Assembly (NCBI RefSeq): GCF_008033445.1
Contig: NZ_VNKO01000011.1
Location: forward strand, 69,002 to 93,001
DNA from: Vulcaniibacterium gelatinicum
Lineage (GTDB): Bacteria > Pseudomonadota > Gammaproteobacteria > Xanthomonadales > Xanthomonadaceae
Direction of reading: 5' to 3'
DNA: 24,000 nucleotides
Part shown: positions 8,374-15,401 of the stretch, piece after piece
Layout: each line of letters starts with the position of its first letter
Numbering within the stretch: the first letter of the stretch is position 1
Translations under genes and position numbers: made by a program
Notes under the pieces: model-generated
The model's input: only the letters and a program-made list of their open reading frames with translations
The model's database searches: none
What the model was told of the DNA's origin: nothing

Positions 8374-8691
8374 ATGAAGATCCCGGTCGAACGCCGCCAG
8401 CATCCGCGCCAGGACGTGGTGCGGACGGTGATGGTGCGCCCCAACGGCGACCGCCACGAGGCGTACCTGCTCGACATCTCACGCGGCGGCGCGCGGGTCA
8501 GCCTGCCGGAGCACTGGGTGCCGCAGCGCGGGGCGGTGTTGCGGCTGTACTTCGAGGAACTGGGCGGCGGCCTGGTCGGGCTGTGCGGCCGGGTGGCGCG
8601 GGTGGGCATGGACGACGTCGGCGTGGAGTTCGACACCGCGCAGGAGGAGGACATCCGCGCCTTGTTCGTGGGGCTGGGGATCGAGAGCTGA
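8374..8691 (+). CDS. PilZ-domain protein (105 aa, predicted c-di-GMP receptor)
   Basis: Both PilZ signature motifs are present: RRQHPR (RRxxxR) near the N-terminus and DISRGG (DxSxxG). Confidence 0.8.
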   Translation: MKIPVERRQHPRQDVVRTVMVRPNGDRHEAYLLDISRGGARVSLPEHWVPQRGAVLRLYFEELGGGLVGLCGRVARVGMDDVGVEFDTAQEEDIRALFVGLGIES

Positions 8692-8800
8692 GCAGGTGGC
8701 GGCGCGCAGGCCGCGGCCTCATTCGCAACCCACGCCGTCGCCGTGCGCCGGGACCTCGTGGCCTGCGAAGAGGAATGCGCAACGGCAAGCGCCAAATGGA

Positions 8801-8818
8801 TCCCGGCTTGCGCCGGGA
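8801..8818. repeat. REP-like GC hairpin in intergenic region
   Basis: TCCCGGC-TTGC-GCCGGGA forms a 7-bp stem. The flanking GCGCCGGGACGACG resembles GCGCCGGAATGACG inside the MITE-like element at ~10800. Similar ...CGCCGG(G/A)A(T/C)GACG units are, from memory, common intergenic repeats in xanthomonads. Confidence 0.3.
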
Positions 8819-8910
8819 CGACGGCAGCGGATGGCGCCCGTGCCCGAAGCAAACTGAGGCAACGCCCACGCCCACGCGCACGCACCATGCGGTGACGACT
8901 CACCCCGGCA

Positions 8911-9284
8911 TCAGGCCCCAACCCGCCGCCGCACCGCGTCCATGTCCCGAACCGGCCGCACCTCGATGCTGCCGGTGCGGATCCACGGCCACTCCTGGGC
9001 CATGCGCACGGCTTCCTCCAGGCTGTCGGCCTCGATCAGGTTGAAGCCGGCCAGCACCTCCTTGGTCTCGGCGAACGGACCGTCGGTGACCGTGGTGCGG
9101 CCGTTGCGGACCCGCACCGTCCGCGCCGTGGCCGGGGCCTCGAGCTGGCGTGCCTCCAGCAGCCGGCCCTCGGCCTTGAGCGCGTCGGCATGGTGCAGGC
9201 AGCCGCGCATCATGTGCTCGAACTCGCCCGGGGCAGGGCGTCCATCAGGGCATCGTCAATGTAGACAAGGAGCAGGAACTGCAT
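8911..9284 (-). pseudogene. YciI-like (DGPF/YCII-related) protein gene disrupted by a 1-nt frameshift
   Basis: ATG at 9282-9284 (revcomp) encodes MQFLLLVYIDDALMDALP... and then hits TGA after 24 codons. The -1-shifted frame continues as GEFEHMMRGCLHHADALKAEGRLL...RNGRTTVTDGPFAETKEVLAGFNLIEADSLEEA...IEVRPV to the stop at 8911. The total span of 374 nt is not a multiple of 3. The switch point is the CCCCGGG run at 9227-9233. Confidence 0.8.
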
Positions 9285-9446
9285 GGCGAACCCTGCGCGA
9301 TGGGGGAGGCGGGATCATGTCGCATCCGCCACGGGGCGGGGAGGCGGACATTTTTCCGCGGCGATGTCGATTCCGCCCCCGCGCATCCGTCGTCCCTCCC
9401 GGGAGCCCGGCTTCCGGGCCCGTGTCCCACCCCAAGGAGATGCACG

Positions 9447-9869
9447 ATGCGAGTGATGGTGCTGGTCAAGGCAAGCCCGGAGACCGAGGCCGGGAAGATG
9501 CCCGCGCGCGAGATCCTCGACGCGATGGGCCGCTACAACGAGGAACTGTTCAAGGCCGGGATCCTGCTCGCCGGCGATGGCCTGCACCCGAGCCGGAAGG
9601 GCGTGCGGGTGCGGTTCGAGGGCGGCCGGCGCACCGTGATGGACGGCCCGTTCGCCGAGACCAGGGAGCTGGTGGCCGGCTACTGGCTGTGGCAGGTGCG
9701 CTCGCTCGAGGAGGCGGTGGAATGGCTCAAGCGCGCGCCTTTCGACGGCGGCGCCGAGGTCGAACTGCGCCCGGTGTTCGAGCCCGAGGACTTCGGCGAG
9801 GCGCTGGACGAGGAACTGCGCGTGCGGGAGGAACGCATGCGCGCCGAACTCGCTGCGCGGTCCTGCTGA
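9447..9869 (+). CDS. YciI-like (DGPF/YCII-related) protein, 140 aa
   Basis: AAGGAGA lies 6 nt upstream of ATG 9447. The sequence MRVMVLVKAS...GRRTVMDGPFAETRELVAGYWLWQVRSLEEAVEW...VELRPVFE is the family pattern. Confidence 0.85.
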   Translation: MRVMVLVKASPETEAGKMPAREILDAMGRYNEELFKAGILLAGDGLHPSRKGVRVRFEGGRRTVMDGPFAETRELVAGYWLWQVRSLEEAVEWLKRAPFDGGAEVELRPVFEPEDFGEALDEELRVREERMRAELAARSC

Positions 9870-9930
9870 AGCCGATGTGAGCCGCGCCGCGGCTTGCGGT
9901 CGCCGTCGCGCGGTGGTGTGATCGGGCGCG

Positions 9931-10746
9931 ATGTCCACCCCCGCGCCCGACCACATCCATCGCACGATCGATGCCGTGTGGCGCATGGAAGCCCCGCGCA
10001 TCGTCGCCGCGCTCACGCGCATGCTGCGCGACCTCGACCTGGCCGAGGAACTGGCCCAGGACGCGCTGGTCGCCGCGCTCGAGCGCTGGCCGCGCGACGA
10101 CGTGCCGGACAAGCCCGGCGCCTGGCTGATGGCGACCGCCAAACACCGCGCGATCGACCGCCTGCGCCACCTGCGCCTGCAGCAGGACAAGCACGCGGGC
10201 CTCGCGCTCGAAGCGGGGGATGCGGCCATGCCCGCGCCGGACGACGAGGACCGCCTGCAGGACGACATCGGCGACGACCTGCTGCGGCTGATGTTCGTGG
10301 CCTGCCATCCCGTGCTCTCGCAGGAGGCGCAGGTGGCGCTCACCCTGCGCCTGCTCGGCGGGTTGGCCACCGACGAGATCGCGCGCGCGTTCCTGGTGCC
10401 GGAGCCGACCGTGGCCCAGCGCATCGTGCGCGCCAAGCGCACCCTGGCCGAGAAGCGGGTGCCGTTCGAGGTGCCGCGCCGCGAGGAACTGCCGCAGCGG
10501 CTGGCGGCGGTGCTCGGCGTGATCTACCTGGTGTTCAACGAGGGCTACACCGCGACCGCGGGCGAGGACCTGATCCGGCCCGCGCTGTGCGAGGAGGCGC
10601 TGCGCCTGGGCCGGCATGCCGAGGCCCGCGCCGAGTTCGAACGCGCCGCCGCCCTCACCCGCAACGCCCGCGAGCAGGCGCTGCTGCGTGCGCGTGCGGT
10701 GGCGTGTGGTCAGCGTGGGGTTTTGGCCACGGATCAAGGCGGATGA
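9931..10746 (+). CDS. ECF-type RNA polymerase sigma factor of the YciI-associated (COG4941-like) group, apparently internally deleted (271 aa)
   Basis: Sigma-2 region (DLAEELAQDALVAALERWP...PGAWLMATAKHRAIDRLR) and sigma-4 region (ALTLRLLGGLATDEIARAFLVPEPTVAQRIVRAKRTL) are present. The family-specific segment VIYLVFNEGYTAT...LCEEALRLGR is then followed directly by a C-terminal-type helix HAEARAEFERAAALTRNAREQALL. The last ~8 codons lie inside the MITE-like repeat. Confidence 0.8.
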   Translation: MSTPAPDHIHRTIDAVWRMEAPRIVAALTRMLRDLDLAEELAQDALVAALERWPRDDVPDKPGAWLMATAKHRAIDRLRHLRLQQDKHAGLALEAGDAAMPAPDDEDRLQDDIGDDLLRLMFVACHPVLSQEAQVALTLRLLGGLATDEIARAFLVPEPTVAQRIVRAKRTLAEKRVPFEVPRREELPQRLAAVLGVIYLVFNEGYTATAGEDLIRPALCEEALRLGRHAEARAEFERAAALTRNAREQALLRARAVACGQRGVLATDQGG

Positions 10747-10939
10747 ACACGGATGAAAAAAATCAGGGAGAAAGCGCCGCAACCGGTCACGACGCGGATG
10801 CGCCGGAATGACGTTGCGGCACCGGCTTTACGCCGGAATCAACGGTCGTCCCCTCGAAAGCTTCCTTGCGCCACCCGGCTTCGATTCTGGAGCAGGCGCT
10901 CGCTTTTATCGGTGTTCATCCACCTTGATCCGTGGCAAA
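10722..10939. mobile_element. MITE-like non-autonomous element (~218 bp) bounded by ~33-bp imperfect terminal inverted repeats
   Basis: Left end 10722-10757: TTTGGCCACGGATCAAGGCGGATGAACACGGATGAA. Reverse complement of right end 10904-10939: GTTTGCCACGGATCAAGGTGGATGAACACCGATAAA. The GCCACGGATCAAGG and GGATGAACAC blocks are identical, with 2 mismatches across the core. There is no ORF inside. The interior carries a CGCCGGAATGAC / CGCCGGAATCAAC direct repeat. Confidence 0.6.
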
Positions 10940-10955
10940 CAACGCGCGCCGCCCG

Positions 10956-12563
10956 TCATCGCGACAGCGCCGCCTGGATCTCCTCGAGGCGGTGGCCGCG
11001 GGTCTCGATCCCGCTGCGCCAGAGCATGACTGCCGACACCGCCATCGGCAGCGCGATCAGCAGCGCCGACAGGGTGAAGTGGGAGAAGAAGCCGAGCACG
11101 CCCAGGCCCGCGCCGAGGATGCCGCCGGCCTTGGAACTGGCCGCGATCACGCCCGAGCCGGTGCCGCGCAGGTGCACCGGATAGATCTCGGCCGCGTACG
11201 GGATCAGCATCGCGATCACGCCGCTGATGCTGGTGAGCAGCAGCGCGGTGGCGGCGGTGGTCAGCGCTTCCGAACGCAGGCCGAGCGCGCCCATCGCCGC
11301 GAACAGCAGCAGCGACAGCGTGCTCAGGACGATGAACAGCACCAGCGAGCGGAAGCTGCTCCAGCGGTGGTACAGCCAGATCACCACGGCGATGCCGGGC
11401 AGCGCCCACAGCGCCGACTTCGCCAGCAGCGCGCTCGCCGCCTTCGGATCCACGCCGAGCTCGGTCAGGTTCACCGGCAGCCACAGCAGGAAGCCGAAGT
11501 TGGCCAGGCCCCAGGCCACGCCGCAGGTCAGCAGGCCCCAGCTGATCGGCGCGTGCCGGCCGTGCAGCAGCGCGCGCGCGCCGCGCACCGGATGCTGCTC
11601 GTCCAGCGCCGGCGGCGCCGGGTGCGCGGCGTCCTCGCGTTCGATCCCGGCGGCGTCGCCGGTGAAGCGGCGCAGCACCGCGCGCGCCTCGTGCGCCAGG
11701 CCCATGTTCGACAGAAAGCGCGGCGATTCGGGGATGTAGCGGTCCAGGAAGATGATCAGCGCGCCGGTCGGCAGCCCGAGCAGCCACAGCACGCGCCAGC
11801 TGAACAGCGGTTCCAGCGTCGCCGCGGCGCCGGCCGCGAGCAGGTAGCCGGCCGAGGTGCCGATGCCGCCCAGCGCCACCAGCAGCCAGCCGCGGTGCGC
11901 GGCCGGCACCGTCTCCGCCATCAGCGTGAACGCGATCGGCAGCAGCCCGCCGGCCGAGGCACCCATCAGGAAGCACATCGCCAGGTTCCACTCGAACTCG
12001 GGCATCGCGCCGCAGATCGCGGTGCCGATGAACATCAGCGCGCCGAGCAGGATCGCGGCGCGGCGGCCGAACAGGTCGCCGATCCGGCCCCACACCACCG
12101 AGCCCACCGTGGTGCCGGTGAGCGCGAACAGCGCCAGCAGGCTCGCGGTCGGCTTGGAGATTTCGTATTCGGCGCTCATGCCCGGCATGACGAAGCCGAG
12201 CGTGGCCGGCTTCATCACGTCCACCGCCAGCGCGATCACCAGCACGACCACCAGCTTCCAGTGCTCGCGGTTGAGCGGCACGCCGTCGGCGACGTGGAAG
12301 TGCAGCTGGCCGGCGTCGCCGCGCAGTGCGGCGCGCATCTGCGCGATGCGCGGCATCAGGCCGTAGCACGCCAGCGCCAGGCCGAGCGGGATCAGGCCCA
12401 TGCCGAGCCACATCTCGGCGGTCATCGGCATGCCCACCATCTGCCAGTGGGTGTGCCGGCCCATCAGGAACATCGGCATGTGCGCCAGCACGCCGGCGAC
12501 GATCAGCGCGCTGCCGAGCCAGAAGGCCACGGGGTGGTGGAAGGAGAAGCCGCCGGCCTTCAT
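10956..12563 (-). CDS. MFS transporter (535 aa) with an extra Met/His-rich two-helix N-terminal extension
   Basis: MFS motif A GRIGDLFGRR sits after the first core helix, with ~12 core TM helices. An additional ~75-aa N-terminus contains HHP, AHMPMFLMGRHTHWQMVGMPMTAEM. ATG is at 12561-12563. Confidence 0.85.
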   Translation of the reverse strand: MKAGGFSFHHPVAFWLGSALIVAGVLAHMPMFLMGRHTHWQMVGMPMTAEMWLGMGLIPLGLALACYGLMPRIAQMRAALRGDAGQLHFHVADGVPLNREHWKLVVVLVIALAVDVMKPATLGFVMPGMSAEYEISKPTASLLALFALTGTTVGSVVWGRIGDLFGRRAAILLGALMFIGTAICGAMPEFEWNLAMCFLMGASAGGLLPIAFTLMAETVPAAHRGWLLVALGGIGTSAGYLLAAGAAATLEPLFSWRVLWLLGLPTGALIIFLDRYIPESPRFLSNMGLAHEARAVLRRFTGDAAGIEREDAAHPAPPALDEQHPVRGARALLHGRHAPISWGLLTCGVAWGLANFGFLLWLPVNLTELGVDPKAASALLAKSALWALPGIAVVIWLYHRWSSFRSLVLFIVLSTLSLLLFAAMGALGLRSEALTTAATALLLTSISGVIAMLIPYAAEIYPVHLRGTGSGVIAASSKAGGILGAGLGVLGFFSHFTLSALLIALPMAVSAVMLWRSGIETRGHRLEEIQAALSR

Positions 12564-12600
12564 GGCGATGCCTGTCGGGATGTGCTGCGCGGGGCGCGGC

Positions 12601-12837
12601 TCAGGTCAGGAACCAGGCCTCGACCGTGCCCTTGACCTTGATCGTCATCGGCTGGCCGCGGCGGTCCTTGCTCTTGCCCACCGGCAGCCGCACCCAGCCC
12701 TCGCTGATGCAGTATTCCTCGACGTTGTGCCGCTCCACGCCGTTGAAGCGGATGCCGATGCCGCGGGCGAGCAGGGCCTCGTCGTAGTAGGGGCTGCGCG
12801 GATCGTTGGACAGGCGGTCGGGCGGGGTGTCGGACAT
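12601..12837 (-). CDS. DUF3297-like small protein (78 aa)
   Basis: MSDTPPDRLSNDPRSPYYDEALLARGIGIRFNGVERHNVEEYCISEGWVR...TIKVKGTVEAWF matches my recollection of the DUF3297 family. It lies 37 nt upstream of the MFS gene on the same strand. Confidence 0.65.
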   Translation of the reverse strand: MSDTPPDRLSNDPRSPYYDEALLARGIGIRFNGVERHNVEEYCISEGWVRLPVGKSKDRRGQPMTIKVKGTVEAWFLT

Positions 12838-12900
12838 CGTCGTGCGGCGGCGCGGAAGGAACGGGCCGGGGATTGTAGCGGCCCGGGGCCGCGCGGGCGG

Positions 12901-13185
12901 TCACGGCGCCTCGCCGCGGCCCTGGGCGCGGGCGCGGGCGATCACTGCCTTGACCAGCGCGCGGTCGCGGTGGCGCGAGATCGCCACCGCGCCGAGCGCC
13001 AGCGCCTGTTCGCGCAGCTCGGCGGTGATGTCGTAGTGCGCGCCGCTGGTCTTGTTCTGGAACGCGCGCCGCGGCAGGCCCAGGCGCGCCGCCATCGCAT
13101 GCAGTTCCTCGAGCGTGTCGGCCATCAGGTGCGCCCAGCGCCGGCCGCGCCAGAGGGTCACGGGGTCGTCCACGTACACGGTCAT
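12901..13185 (-). CDS. DUF4031-like small protein (94 aa)
   Basis: MTVYVDDPVTLWRGRRWAHLMADTLEELHAMAARLGLPRRAFQ...HYDITAELREQALALGAVAIS is the pattern I associate with DUF4031. Only the last 94 codons of the 331-aa ORF track entry look protein-like. Confidence 0.6.
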   Translation of the reverse strand: MTVYVDDPVTLWRGRRWAHLMADTLEELHAMAARLGLPRRAFQNKTSGAHYDITAELREQALALGAVAISRHRDRALVKAVIARARAQGRGEAP

Positions 13186-13233
13186 GGGCGCCAGTGTGGC
13201 CGATTGCGGGCGCAAGCGGGCTACCATCGCCGC

Positions 13234-14058
13234 ATGTGCCTGATCGCCGTCGCCTGGCAAGCGCATCCGCGCTACCCGCTGGCCCTGATCGCCAACCGCG
13301 ACGAGCTGCACGCGCGCCCGAGCGCGCCGGCCGGGCCGGACCCGCAGCGTCCGGACGTGTACGGCGGGCGCGACCTGCAGGCCGGCGGCAGCTGGCTGCT
13401 GGTGTCCGCGCGCGGCCGCCTGGCGGCGGTGACCAACGTGCGCGTGGGGCCGGTCGCCGCGCTCGCGCCGCGCTCGCGCGGACAGTTGGTGCGCGAGTTC
13501 GCGCACGCGACGGCCGATGTCGAGGACTGGCTGCTGCGCCTGTCGCCGACCGCGCCCGAGTACGGCCGCTTCAACCTGCTGCTGTGGGACGGGCACACGC
13601 TGGCCTACGCGACCAACCATCCGCGCTACGCCTGGCAGCCGCTCGCGCCCGGCGTGCACGCGGTGTCCAACGGCGCCTTCGACGCGCGCTGGCCAAAGAG
13701 CGGCCGCGCCACGCATGCGCTGGAGACCTGGCTGGCCTCGCCATTGGCGCAGCGCGAGCCGGGTGCGGACCTGGTCGCGCCGCTGTTCGCCGCGCTCGCC
13801 GACACCGTGCCGGCGCCCGACGCCGAGCTGCCGGACACCGGGGTCGGCCTGGCCCTGGAGCGGCACCTCTCGCCGCCCTTCGTGCGCGATCCGCACTACG
13901 GCACGCGCTGCAGCAGCGTGGTGCTGGCGGGAGCCGACCGCATCGTGTTCGCCGAACGCCGTTACGGCCCGGACGCGGTGCCGCTCGGCGCGAGTTTCGT
14001 GCAGTGGCCGCGGCAGGAAACCGGTCCACTGGCCGCCGCAGCGCCCGATTCACGTTGA
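13234..14058 (+). CDS. NRDE-family protein (DUF833 / TANGO2-like, 274 aa)
   Basis: Starts MCLIAVAW (Met-Cys N-terminus) and carries the eponymous LIANRDE motif plus GGSWL....GRLAAVTN. ATG at 13234 is in frame with, but far inside, the spurious 552-aa ORF. Confidence 0.8.
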   Translation: MCLIAVAWQAHPRYPLALIANRDELHARPSAPAGPDPQRPDVYGGRDLQAGGSWLLVSARGRLAAVTNVRVGPVAALAPRSRGQLVREFAHATADVEDWLLRLSPTAPEYGRFNLLLWDGHTLAYATNHPRYAWQPLAPGVHAVSNGAFDARWPKSGRATHALETWLASPLAQREPGADLVAPLFAALADTVPAPDAELPDTGVGLALERHLSPPFVRDPHYGTRCSSVVLAGADRIVFAERRYGPDAVPLGASFVQWPRQETGPLAAAAPDSR

Positions 14059-14104
14059 CTTCGACACCTGGATTCCGTGCCGCGTCCGACAGGGGGGAGC
14101 GCAC

Positions 14105-15301
14105 ATGGCAGTCACACGCGAGCTGTTCGACGGTGAAATCCTCTACCGCCAGGGTGATCCGGCCGATTGCGCCTGGCTGATCGAACGCGGGGCGATCGAG
14201 CTGACCTCGCAGCAGGGCCGGCGCACCGTCCACCATGGGGTGTTCGGCCCGGGCGAGCTGATCGGCGAACTCGGCATGCTCGAGGGCGCCCCGCGCAGCG
14301 TCACCGCCACCGCGCGCGGCGACACGGTGCTGCTGGCGATCGACCGCGACCAGTTCCACGAGCGGCTGGAGAACAGCGACCCGATCGTGCGCACCCTGGT
14401 GGGCAGCCTGCGCCGGCGTGCCCGCCACCTGCTCGCGCACCTGCCCGAGGACGCGCCGCCCCCGGCCGAGGACCTGCCCGCCGAGCATCCGGGCGAGCGC
14501 GTCGGCCTGGACAAGATCCGGCTCGAGGCGCTGCTGCGCGAGGCCCTGCACCACGGCACGCTGGAAGTGCGCTACCAGCCGATCTACGACCTGCGCACCG
14601 CGCGCGTGAGCAAGTACGAAGCGCTGGTGCGCTGGCAGCTGCCCGAGCGCGGCGTGGTCTCGCCGGCGGAGTTCATCAAGCTGGCCGAGGAAACCTCGCT
14701 GATCGTGCCGGTGGGCGAGTACGTGCTCGACCGCGTGCTGGAGGTGCTGCGCGGCCTGCGCGCGGCGGGCGAGGACGCCCTGCCGAGCATCGCGGTCAAC
14801 CTCTCCGCGCGCCAGCTGGTCGAGCCCGGGATGGCGCGCCACATCGTGCAGCGCGTGGACCGCGCCGGGCTGCCGCCGGGCGTGCTCAAGCTCGAGGTGA
14901 CCGAGAGCCGCATGCTCGACTACGCCCAGGTCGCGGCGGTGATGGCGCATTGCCGCGCGCATGGCATCCCGTTCGCGCTCGACGACTTCGGCACCGGCTA
15001 TTCCAACCTGACCCACCTGCACAAGCTCGAGTTCGAGTACGTCAAGGTGGACCAGGCCTTCGCCCGGCACATGTTCGACTCCGAGCGCGCGATGGCGATC
15101 GTGCGCGCGATCGTGGCGATGGCGCACGGCCTGCGCGCCGAGGTGATCATGGAGGGTGTGGAGACGCGCGAGCAGCTCGCCCAGCTGCGTGCGCTGGGGG
15201 TGCGCTTCGCCCAGGGCTACCTGGTCGGGCAGGCACAGCCGGCCGAGGCGGTGCTGTCCGGCGAGGCGGCACGGTTCAGCGACGCCGATGCCCTGGTCTG
15301 A
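14105..15301 (+). CDS. Cyclic-nucleotide-binding domain / EAL domain protein (predicted c-di-GMP phosphodiesterase, 398 aa)
   Basis: GGGGGAG lies ~7 nt upstream of ATG 14105. The N-terminal cNMP domain has a phosphate-binding cassette (GELIGELGMLEGAPRSVTATA). The C-terminal EAL domain has all catalytic motifs: YEALVRW, AVNLS, EVTE, DDFGTGYSNL, KVD, EGVET, QGY. Confidence 0.88.
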   Translation: MAVTRELFDGEILYRQGDPADCAWLIERGAIELTSQQGRRTVHHGVFGPGELIGELGMLEGAPRSVTATARGDTVLLAIDRDQFHERLENSDPIVRTLVGSLRRRARHLLAHLPEDAPPPAEDLPAEHPGERVGLDKIRLEALLREALHHGTLEVRYQPIYDLRTARVSKYEALVRWQLPERGVVSPAEFIKLAEETSLIVPVGEYVLDRVLEVLRGLRAAGEDALPSIAVNLSARQLVEPGMARHIVQRVDRAGLPPGVLKLEVTESRMLDYAQVAAVMAHCRAHGIPFALDDFGTGYSNLTHLHKLEFEYVKVDQAFARHMFDSERAMAIVRAIVAMAHGLRAEVIMEGVETREQLAQLRALGVRFAQGYLVGQAQPAEAVLSGEAARFSDADALV

Positions 15302-15356
15302 ACGGGGCGGGCCCGGACACAGCCAAGGAGTGACTTCCGGCCCATGCGCGGGAATC

Positions 15357-15384
15357 TTGGTGTGTTACTATACCAGCACACCAA
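15357..15384. promoter_or_regulatory. Perfect 8-bp inverted repeat with 12-bp AT-rich spacer (candidate operator)
   Basis: TTGGTGTG-TTACTATACCAG-CACACCAA lies in the only AT-rich patch of this intergenic region. It ends 17 nt before the ATG of the 62-codon ORF. On the minus strand it reads TGGTGTG-C-TGGTATA, which resembles GntR/HutC-type half-sites. Confidence 0.45.
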
Positions 15385-15401
15385 ATCACGAGGTTCCCGC
15401 T

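Noticed and set aside
9059-9661. Inverted ~21-bp identity between the two YciI genes (GACGG(T/C)CCGTTCGCCGAGACC), considered as inversion or recombination repeats.
   Set aside because: It is explained by both genes encoding the conserved DGPFAET motif on opposite strands. No extended nucleotide identity lies beyond the motif.
10868-10895. tRNA-like TTCGATTC (T-loop-like) sequence inside the MITE-like element.
   Set aside because: The flanking bases do not pair into a T-arm (CCGGC vs CTGGA). No acceptor or anticodon stems can be drawn.
12400-13233. N-terminal 278 codons of the 552-aa ORF ending at 14058.
   Set aside because: This part overlaps the MFS, DUF3297 and DUF4031 genes on the other strand and is compositionally junk. 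The NRDE family begins with Met-Cys, which is found at 13234.
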